Shown here: positions 40,283-51,100 of the stretch, piece by piece
Position numbering within the stretch: position 1 is the first letter of the stretch
Layout of the letters: every line of letters begins with the position of its first letter
IMG/VR virus record: IMGVR_UViG_3300034093_003299
Coordinates: 22,900-86,899 of that record
Reading direction: 5' to 3' (one strand)
Source: a virus
Lineage: Duplodnaviria > Caudoviricetes
DNA: 64,000 nt
Program-made: the position numbers and the translations under genes
Notes under the pieces: model-generated
Seen by the model: the letters and a program-made list of their open reading frames with translations, nothing else
Told to the model about the DNA's origin: nothing
Databases searched by the model: none

Positions 40283-42175
40283 TTATAATTTCTCTTTCTT
40301 AACTAGGAATTTGTATTCAATCGAAACTTTTAAGTTGTAATTATTATCAATTGATAAATTTAAATTTTCCATGAAATAAGTTAGATCTCCTAATTGAAAT
40401 CCAAATTTTTCGTTATATATTTTAGAGAATGCTTTTATTCCATACTGATATTGAGGATATGTCGTGCCGAATAATCGTCCTGTATCTTTGTGCAGCATTT
40501 CAGCAGTAAATAGATCTTTTATTTTTCCGAAAACGATTACTGAATTTGTATTCGATCCAGCCGGAGTAGAAGAGTATAATTGATTTCTATTTATTTTCAT
40601 ATCTATAGAAATAGATTTTACTCCTTCTGTTAATTGACGAGTTTGATAAATTGTCTCTTGGAATCTTTCCATTTTATTTTCATTCCATGATCCAGGGATA
40701 TTTGCGTTAGAAAATCTGTTAACAGGAAGATTTGTATTTTCACTTATAATTAATTGCTTTACCAAGCCAGAGCTGCTCAATGTAGGAGAATCTGAATACG
40801 ATTTAGTGTATGTGGTTTCTACGCCGAATTTTAAATGATTTATTGATGTATTAGTTTTTACTCCAGCAAAAGTTCCTGATCCAGCTACAGCAGCGTAATA
40901 AGGGTCTATTTTAGAAGAGTCGCTCTGGTCTATTATTCCTTTGATGGTTGTTAAATTTCCGCTGAATGATTTATTTTTATTTGTATATAGTTTTATAGAA
41001 CCATTAACTGTTGAATTATATATTCCTTGAGCGTCTTTATTCAAAGAAACAGAATAAGAATGAATAGTAGTGGCATCGGAGTAAGCTGCATTAGTTGTAA
41101 AGCGAATTTCATATCCTATTTCTGGTTGTGTTTCTGTTAAATCTTTTGTTATTGATATAGGATTGCTTTTTAAAGTATCTAAAGCATCATATTTCGGAAG
41201 CAATTTGCTAAATCTAGAATAATCACTAGAGAAGTATCTATTAAACACATTGTTGCATCTTGTGTAAGCTGAAGATATATTAGAATTAAGCTTTGCTATT
41301 GCGTTAGCTCTTGCTGCTGCGAAGCTTGAGCCTTTTCCTTTTATTCTTCCTTTCTCTGATATTTCTATAAGGCCATCAGAATTAAAAATGATATCTGTTA
41401 GTAGCGTTTCTGTAGTATTGGTTCCATTATCTGAAAATACAGTATATTGCTTGGAGTAAGAAAAATTAAAATTAATTAAATCAATAGTTTGATCTATTAA
41501 AGAAGAGCCATAATCTGTATTTGATAGTTGAAAATTTGTAGAACTATAAAAAGACCTAATGCTAGATAAAGAATCTAACCCTTGACCAAAAAACGTGTTA
41601 GCTATATCTCTAGCATCCGTTACGACAGAGGCGTCTGAAACTTTATCTATATTATCGTATCCAAAAGATATTCTGTGAGATGCTAAAAAATTTCCATCGT
41701 CTTGCAAATTAAAAGAAAACGATTCATTGAATTCTTTTAGCTTGTACCATATATTTGTTAAACTTCCTACTGCTGCCGGTAAATTAGCCGAAGCAAAAGC
41801 ATTAGATGAGTCATCTTTTAAAACCTCTAGCGTTATTGTAAACTTAGTAAATCTTACTGAATTCTCATCAAAATTAACAGAAGTCGGAAAAGAGTAACTT
41901 AAAAATCTAGCCTTACCATAAGATTTATTATTAAGAAATATCTCTATAAAATCAGTAGAACTCTCTAATAGTAATTTAACTTGCCTGAAATGCTCGCTGA
42001 TTGGCACCTCCGATTCTCTATTAGAAAAATATCCATCTATAGAAATATTCTCTTTTCTTCTATAGTCAAAAGCCCCAGCTTTTTCATTCTTAATAGAATA
42101 ATTTAATAAAGTGGCCACAGCAAAATTTATTGCTGTAGATCCAAATTTTATTACTGTTTCAGAAGTGAATGCCAT
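40283..42175 (-). CDS. Distal-tail-like protein with tandem beta repeats
   Basis: 630 aa immediately downstream of the TMP. Repeated ISIDG / ISEKGRIK / TVNGSIK strands. Confidence 0.5.
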   Translation of the reverse strand: MAFTSETVIKFGSTAINFAVATLLNYSIKNEKAGAFDYRRKENISIDGYFSNRESEVPISEHFRQVKLLLESSTDFIEIFLNNKSYGKARFLSYSFPTSVNFDENSVRFTKFTITLEVLKDDSSNAFASANLPAAVGSLTNIWYKLKEFNESFSFNLQDDGNFLASHRISFGYDNIDKVSDASVVTDARDIANTFFGQGLDSLSSIRSFYSSTNFQLSNTDYGSSLIDQTIDLINFNFSYSKQYTVFSDNGTNTTETLLTDIIFNSDGLIEISEKGRIKGKGSSFAAARANAIAKLNSNISSAYTRCNNVFNRYFSSDYSRFSKLLPKYDALDTLKSNPISITKDLTETQPEIGYEIRFTTNAAYSDATTIHSYSVSLNKDAQGIYNSTVNGSIKLYTNKNKSFSGNLTTIKGIIDQSDSSKIDPYYAAVAGSGTFAGVKTNTSINHLKFGVETTYTKSYSDSPTLSSSGLVKQLIISENTNLPVNRFSNANIPGSWNENKMERFQETIYQTRQLTEGVKSISIDMKINRNQLYSSTPAGSNTNSVIVFGKIKDLFTAEMLHKDTGRLFGTTYPQYQYGIKAFSKIYNEKFGFQLGDLTYFMENLNLSIDNNYNLKVSIEYKFLVKKEKL

Positions 42176-42190
42176 ATTTTATTATATAGT

Positions 42191-45100
42191 TTATTTCTTG
42201 AAATTCAATGCCGCTGGTCCTAATTTTTTTAACTCTGGGATCTTGTCAAATAATATACTGATAATTCCCTGCATTGCTTCATCAGGAGCATTTTGTATAG
42301 ATGATCTTCCATCAATATTAATAACATTAGAATTAGAAACAGTACTAGAAGACCCGCCCCCGCTCGGGAATGCTGATGTTATTCCAGTCTTTAAAGCTTC
42401 TGTCACAGCATTGGTAAAGTCTCCGGCAGCGAAATTAGGCACAGATCCTTGAGCGTAAGAAGGAGCAAAATTTCTAGGAGCAGACGATCTCATTCTAGAA
42501 TACACATCTCCAGAAGACATCATCCCGTTGCTCATTGCCGCGAAGTTAGGAACTCCGCCGCCAGCTCTTTCCTTCATTACTTGCTCAGCAGGGACTCTTC
42601 TTCTCATGGCTTCTTCTAGAACATCTTTGGGGAAGCCTGTTTCTCTAGTCGCTTGTTCATTTATTTCTGATAAAGATCTGCCTTGAGCAAGCCCTCCTGT
42701 TCTTACATTAGCTTCATCAGCAGTCATAAACCCCCCTCCGAAACCAGCCCTGTCTTGCATGACTCGTTCAGCGCTTTCTCTTCTTCTCGCAGCCTCTTCT
42801 AAAACGTCTTGAGGAAAACTGGGTATTGCCCTGTCTCTGAACTCTATGGCTGATTTAGGAATGACTCGATTAGCTTCTCTGCCAGCTTCTGCTTCTTTTG
42901 CTGTTTTATATATCTCGAAAGACTTAGCGAATCCTGGGTCTTTAAAGTCTGTAGGTTTGAACGATCCAAGACCGTATTGACCCTCTTGCTCTAATAAATA
43001 ATTTGCTTTATCTCTGGTAGTCGTGTAGCCATTAGCTTCCGCATTTTTATCAAAAGACTCAAGGAAAGATTTTCTTAGCTTTGAGCTTCTCGCTTCTTCT
43101 TGCTCGGATGATTCCTTATTTAATCTAGCTGTTTCCGCGTCTCTTATAGCATTACCTCCTGAAATTATACGCGCTATATTAGCTTTACCTTGTTTTTCTA
43201 ATTCCTTTGCGAGTTCTTTTGTTCTTTCTGTCTCTTCGAATTCCTGGCCTCTTTTAGACGCAGACATTTGAAAGTCTCTAGAAACTAATGGATTCCCAGA
43301 TATTTCATTGTACTTATTTAACTCTGCTAGTAGTTCTGCTTTTTTAGCTATTAATTGATTTGATTGAACGGCTTGATTAACAGTCGTTCCGCCTTTTGGT
43401 CTAACTCCAGCCTCGTAACTAGCTTTTGTTGTTCTTAAGCCAGATGCAAAATCGCCTAATTTATTTCCAATGCCTAATTTATTTTCTAAAATATTGCCAG
43501 TTCTATAACCTAAAAGCCCAACCGTGGCTGGCGCGGATCCTATAGCGCCCAATGCTGTTCCTATTGCGTCTCCAATACCAACAGACTCTTCCTCTCCTTT
43601 TCTTCCGAATATATCTTTCCATTCTCTTGCAAGGGTTAAGTCCTTAGTCTCGAAGTCTCCTAATCCGCCTAATATTACTCCCGCTGGACCAGCTACTTTC
43701 CCGACCCCCTTGGACAATCCGGCGAAGCTCGCGGCAGAAGATAACCCAGCCAATGTTGCTTGCCCATATTTCCCTTCTTTAGCTGATGAATAAGACTCAA
43801 GGCCTTGCGCTATTCCGAAACCTACAGATCCCGCTATGCCCAAGCCTTTCAATCCAAATTTTCCTGCTCCTTTAAGTTTATTTAGAACGCCAGAGGTCGC
43901 TGGCGAAGGAGATCCAGGAGGCTTTATTGCGCTAACGGGGCCAGTTGGAGCAGTTCCTGAAGTAGGAGCTGTAGGTTTTTTAGAAAGAAATTTATTTACT
44001 TCTTCAGGAGTGTATTCTTTAAAATTTGTAGCGCCAGCATTTAAATTTATAGTGTCTATATTTTCAATCACGCTTCTTAAATCAGCGCTTCTTCCTTTAG
44101 CGAAAGCTGGCTTCCCATATCTTCTAACCACATCCGATAAGTCAATTTTTTGCCCACTTCTAATTTTATCTGCCGCTTCTTTAGCCAATCGCTTGTTCAG
44201 TTTTGCCTGCTCAGCCTCTGAGAAAGCTTTCATCTCAGCTCTTTGCGGCGCTGTTCTTTCAAAATATCTATTCGCAGCAGCTTGTCTTTCTTGTTGCTGC
44301 GCCAATTTAAAATTCTCTCTGATCGCTTTCTCCAATATACTCTTGCTCTCTTTTTCGCTACCCGCCAAGAAAGCGTCTAAATAAGGATTCTTATTAGGCT
44401 TATTAGGCAGTTTTAAAGAAGGAGTCACTCTTTCAGATTGCATTTTTAGACTCCGAGATCTAATTCGAGTTCTGGTTTCCCCTTGAAGCTCACGGACGCG
44501 ATCGGCTGCCCTGCCCGTTGGCACGTAAGCTTGGTCTCTAAAAGTTACTTGCCCTTTCGGGAGCAAACCTAACGGGGATGTCTTTGTTTTGTTTTTATCA
44601 GAGAAAAGAGTGGATTGGCCCGGGGTAAACACGCCGGCCGCGGGAGTCTCTGTTCTGTTTTTACCAGAGAAAAGAGGTCTAGAAGATTGCCCTCTTGGTA
44701 GCATTTTCAAACCTCCAGATTGTGCGCCAGGTTGAAATTCAGAAGCTTTTTGAGCCAAAAAGGTATTCTGATATGCTGCCATCTGAATGTTTCCAGCTCT
44801 TCGGTTTGATTCAAGCATTCCTCTTTGTATTCTAACTTGCTCTTCTTGAGTTAACTGAAGCGCTTCTTGTAGTCCTGGTCTTTTTAAATAACTAGAAAAT
44901 CCAGAAATAGAACCCTGTGCTAATTGACCTTTTTTCGCTTCTTTAAGAAGCTTGCCCTGCTCTATATTTGCTTTTAATGTTTGCGCGGCAGTCATTTTTT
45001 GTGGCTTAACAGTAGGATTTACATTACCCATGCTTGGCCTGTTCCCGTATGGATAAATCTTGTTAACTAATCTTTCTGGGTAGAAAGGCATCGTTTTTTG

Positions 45101-48100
45101 AGATACTCCTAGAATCGGAGCTGGATCAGAAGGAATAACTGGCTTAGGGGCATCCGCTCTTGGGCCATATATTCTTTCTAGTAATTCTTCCATTCTAGAT
45201 TTAGCGAAATTAGGAACTTTTCCTTTCTTCATCCACTCTGGACTTGGATCAATTAAATCATTTCCTAATCTACTATTATAAGCGTCAGAAGGCTTTGCAA
45301 TATTACTTTTTTCTGGTTTCGCATATAATGAATTATACATGCGGTCAGCAAGATAATCAGTTAAGCCAGCCTTTTCACTCAAAGGCTTAACTATATATTC
45401 TCCTATATCTAATCCTAATCCAGCAGCTCCCAATCCCGCTTTTTTAGCGACATTTTTTGTTAAAAATTTAGCTGCATCTAAAGCTGGCCCAGCTAAATCC
45501 GTAGCTATTCCACCAGCATTTCCCTCTTGAACATTACCAATCAAAGATTGAGCATCATCTGCATTTGTGAACATATTACGAGCTTCATCTAAATTATCAC
45601 GAACTTTATCTAAATTACTCGCGTTCATCCAAGATGGCATTTTCATCCAAGATGGCATTGCGTAATTTGGAACAAATCCACTAGATCTCATTCCTAAACT
45701 TCTTAAGCCATTTTTTTCATCAATGCTATTTGTTACTCCAAAGCCTTGAGGGTTAGAAGCGGTTACTAAATTTGGGCTTCTTTCTAAGTTAATAGATGCC
45801 ATTGCAAAGTTAGGAACTCCCATTATTCCTCTCTTAGCTAGGGCCATTTTTTCTCTAGTTATTGCATCGTTTACAGGATTAGCAAAATTCTTTACAGGTG
45901 GACCGTCGCTCGCTTGAGCAGCGCCAGATTCAGATGCGTTACCCTTTACTTGGCTTGCGACAAGATTTACTACGTCAGCTCGTATGCCTTTATCTCCGAA
46001 AGTGGATTTTAAACTAGCTTCAAAACCGCTAACTAAACCTTGCCCCAGTGCTGTCGCTTGTTCTGTGATTTGTTGCTTTATAGGTACAAGAAGATCTTCC
46101 ACTCGCTTGAGCTCCGAGTCATCTGCTTTGGCTTGCTTAGCAGATTGGACTCCAAATTTTTCGTAATCTTGCATCGAGCTTTTCACTTCTCCTGGCACTT
46201 CTGGACTGCCAAATAAAGCATCGGCTTTCAAACCAGCAGATTCAAAAAGATATTTTGAATCAAAAGCTTTGTTTCTTAATAATCCAGATGTTTGCCCAAG
46301 GCCCATCATTTGAGCCATGTTAGCTCTCTTTAGCAAATCTCTTTGCATGTCCATAGCGTTGAGGCCAGTAAGCTCTCTCTTTACTCCTGATATGTCTGCT
46401 GGTTCTTTACCGTTTTTGGTTTGAAGAAGTCCAGGATATTTTTGCATTGTTTCTGTTAAGAAATCAGTAGCGCCTCCCACCTGAGTTCTTCTAGATCCAA
46501 ATAAAGTTCCTAATTGATAAGTAAGAGGCCCGCGTAACCCAGCAGACATAGACTCTGCTCTCATTTGTGGATTTATAGAAGTCTTAATATCTCCACCAAA
46601 AGCCAATTTCTCTTGTAAAGCTAAAAATTTAAGTTGTATGTTTTTAGTCTCATTAGCTATAGTTCCAGCTTTTTGTATTTCTCTTGTTTGTAAAGAGTTA
46701 AATTGTATTAGTTTTTCTATGCCAGCTACTTGAGCTTTGCTAAGACCAGGAAGTTGTTTTATTGACTCTAAGTCTCTTCCTGTTGCTACACCGGGAGTTT
46801 CTATTGCATTAAGCTTTGCTTGTACTTGAGACGGCAATCCTTTGGTAAATTCTTTGTCAGAAAGTTGCGCTAATAATGAATTTTGAAAAGATACCGAAGA
46901 TTGTGTAGTTTTAATTGCTAAAGAAGCATCAGAAGCGGCTGAAATTCCTGCTCTTTTGCTAAAGCCGCCTGCAAACGAAGCTAATTCTGGCAATTGGTCT
47001 TCTAAAGCTTTACTTATGCTTGATCTTATTTCTCTGCGGTCTTCGGTTTGTTGTTTTTTTCTTGTTAGCGGTTTTGAAACATCAATTATCGCTGCTTCTT
47101 GATTAGAAGAAATTTCGTTTAATTTTTGAGTTAATTTAAGCGCGTCTAAGAAGCCCTTTTTTAATTCATCAGTTTTAAATACATTAGAAAATTCTTCTAC
47201 ATTTAATCCTCCTTTAGAAAGAACTTCAGAAAAATTTGCTGGACCAGCTTTAGACAAGTCTTGCTTTAATAAATCTTGATTTCCCGAATTGATTACAGAT
47301 CTGAAAAATGAATCAAGTTCTTTTGGTGCGTCTTTGCCAAGAATGGTGCCTTTGCTTGAAAACTTTAAAGCTTCTTGTCTTACGGATTGTATTCTTTGGC
47401 TTTCTTTAGCGTTATCTTCAAGGATAGCTTGTTTACCAGCTAGGGTTGTCTCTGAAGCTAATTTAGATACAAGCCCTGGATTAGATCCCTTAACTTTAGA
47501 CAGTAAATCTGCTATACTCGCGGACAACTTTAATATTTGTTTAGGATCAGCTTTTGGATCTCTATAAGCGTCATCTAATTTAGCTAAAGAATTGGAAAGC
47601 TCTAATGTGTTCTCTGTTAAGTCTTGAAATGTTTTTTTAGAACGGTCCAAAGCTTGTTCGAATTTTTTTGTGTTTATTCTATTACCTAAGTCTGCTCCGC
47701 CTTGGAATCCCGCGAGGGTTCCTGCTGTTAATTGCCCTACGCCAGACGCAACCGCTATGCCTCTCTGCGTTTTAGAACCTTTTCCAAAAATTCCTTTGCC
47801 AATATTTTTTAGTCCAATAGCCCCAGGAATAGCAACATTAGCGAATGTCGAAGCTCTGGGGTCAATCAATTCGTTTTCAGCTAATGTATCTAAAGTGCTA
47901 CTAGCGGCAGAGCCGGCAAACAATTCAACACCCGCTGAGATAGGGTTCGCTAGATTATTTCTGCCCTTTAGCAATCCTAATCTTGACAAAACAGTAACCA
48001 GCTGTCTGCTAGGCAGAGCAAAATTTGGTACATCTTTTAGTCCATTAGGCTCGTCTATTTTGTTTGTAACTGCTATAGGATTTCCGCCTCTATCAAAATG

Positions 48101-51100
48101 AGCCATTATCTGAGAAGCCGGGACGCCTCTTTGTGCTAATGCTGTTTTTTCTCTACTTACTGCATCTGATAAGCCAGAAAAATTAGGAATATATCCTCCA
48201 GAGAAGCTATCTTTGTATTCAGCTGGGATATTTTTGATACCAGCAAATTGAGCTAATGTAAAACGATGATTTCCATCTTTAACTTCAGAATAAGAGTCGG
48301 GATAATTTGTTATTTCAATTGGCTCTTGTTTTAAGAAGTTGTATAATTTTAATTTATTTTCTTTTGAGGATAACGCGTCTGTTAAACCTTTTTTATTTAT
48401 ATTATCTAACTCAATCGGGATACCAATACTATTTAATATCTTATGTAAACCTGGGGCCGAAGCTTTATTAGCTTGACCAACATAGCCGCCCATTTTTTTA
48501 ATTTTTTCTGCATTGAAAGTTGATGCAAAATTAGGAATATATCCTTGCGATAATCCTAATAGCTTAGATGCCGCATCTCCTTTTTCGAACCTAAATCCTA
48601 TTGGTAATTTTGCGACTCTTACAGTCCCAAAAAGTTTTTTTGTTTCTTTATCAGATAAGCCTCCTGCTGTCTGAAAAAGTTTTTGTGCATTAACTGGCTC
48701 TATTCTAGACAAAGCTTTTCCATGTATCGCGGCAGGATAAATAGAATGCTGCGAAGACGAAGCTTGAGTTAAGCTTTCTGATCCAAATTCAGCAAGTCTA
48801 CTTATAGAAGATCCGAAATTTTTATTTTTTTGATAAAATTTTAGTATATCAGGTTCAATAAATGGAGAAACAATTTCTCTCATCTTATCGGGCCCTAAAG
48901 TTTTATAAAATTTATCAAACAGAGAAGTTAAGTTAGCAGTAGAAGTGCCTTCTTGAATGAATCTCGAAGTTAACTTAGGATAAGAAGCCTTCAATGCCTC
49001 TACAACCATTTTATTTCCAGCTAAACCTTGTATTAACCCTAAATCTCCTCCCATTCTTCCAGCTTGCGCCCCGAAAATAACTCTAGATCCAGATTCAACA
49101 AAAGGCTTTATGAGTTTAATCATATCATTCGTTTTTTCTTTATTCAAGAAAGCCGCTCCCATCCCGGGTCTTGCGAATGGATATTCAGGCCCGCCTCCGT
49201 GTTCGCCTGATAATGTATCGTATAAAGAAGAAACAAATAGATTAGAACCTTGCCCTACTATTCTTGGATTAGCGAAGTTAGGAATACGCCCAGAGGCGAA
49301 CGAATCGTTTCTTGTGCGTGAACCGACTTGCGTTCTCGCCCACGCCCATGTCCTGGCTTGTAATTCTCTGACTGGTACGCCTAGCTCTTTTGCTGCTGCG
49401 CCGTATTCCTTTACAAGTTTATTATAATATTTATATCCTCCAGCTGATTGACTGAAAACCTTTGATTTTTGCTTTTCTGATACTGCTCCTCTGTCATATT
49501 TTTCTTTTAAAGCTCCACCATTTCTTACGTATATAGCCCAACTGTCCATTACAGATGGAGTATTTAGTGGATTTTTATATTTACCAAATCCAGAAAAGTT
49601 TTTAGATAACAATAGACTCTGAGCAAAATTTTGAGTCTTAGCGCCTTTCCCCAATATAGACATTAACTCTTCCGTAGACCCAGAAGAAGCTAGCATTTTT
49701 TTTACTTTTTCTATGTTTTCAGGAAGCAATACTAAATCATCATAAGGTTGATTATTGGCAATCCTCTGTATGCCTTTTCTAGCAGCAGAATCCGCAGTGT
49801 TACCTGATAAGGCAGCCAAACCATAAGCTAATTTTTCTAAACTAGCGCCAGAAGAAGCGGATAAGTTTTTTAATTCAGAATTAACATTCGGATAATAGTT
49901 TTCATTTTTTTGCGCTGCGTTAAATCTTATTGGATCTTTTTCGGTTAAAGATGCTTTATAAGAATCAATTATATTTTGAATAAATTTAGATTTAGCAAAA
50001 TTAGGAACATATCCTTGGTTTAAAAAAGTAGGCCCATAAGCAAATTCATCTTTATACCCTAATTTAGATAAGCCTTTAGTTCTTTTTTTAGCCAAATCAG
50101 CATTCAATCCGAAAACCCCAGTATCAACGATATTGATTTCTCCGCCTTTTTTTGCTATAGAAGTTAAAATTCTATCCATTTGAGCTTCGCTCTCTTCGAA
50201 GTCTTTTGATTCTATTGATTTGATTAGTTTACCATAATTTCTTCTGAGAACTTTAGATAAAATAGTCTCAGATTTTTCATTAAACATTAAATTATCATAC
50301 TTGCCAACCAAATCGTCAGCTTTCATTCTGCCGCCCATATCTATTTGCATTTGGGCTCTACCAGCTATTAAATTGTAAAACTTATCAAAGCCTTGTCTTT
50401 CTCCAGTGTATGGATCCAAATCTAAGGCTAAATCTTTGCCTGTTTTGCCAGCTATTACTTTTTTATAAATAGAACTTTTTTGTATAGATTTTTCTAAAGA
50501 TCCATAAATTTCAGGAGTCTTAAATATTGGATTTAATTGTCCAGCGCCGATCATCTGCCCCAACTCTTGAGCGGCTACATATTCATTGGCAACGTTGGTT
50601 TTAGTTCTATTTGACTTTGGATCAAAAAAATCTTTCCTTCCCAAAGAACCTCTTAGCCCGAAAAATTCTCCGAAAAATCCTCCTCCTAAACGTTGTTTTG
50701 CAAAATTAGGAATATATCCTTTAGCGTAAGAAAAGTCTTCTCTATTTCCAGATATCGCTTCTTTTATAAAAACAGTATTTCCAATTTGGATAGCTTGCTG
50801 GCCGCCTACTATTGGTTTTTTTGTTTTTCTATCGTAATAATAAGAGTGTCTGTCTGGGTTGTATCCTACTTGAGTCCAATTTTTTAAATCTTTAGGCAAA
50901 GATTGATCTTTAGATAAAGTACCTGATATTTTTAATAATGGACTTTTTTCTTTTCCTGCTCCTATGTTTAAGGAGGCCCTTTCTAAGCCAGCAGACTTAC
51001 CCATTGATGGATTATCAAATGCAACAAATGAATCGTAAGATTTAAATCCTCCAGAGCTTTCTGTTTTCACTACTCCCACTCCTTTTCTTGTCATTGAAGG

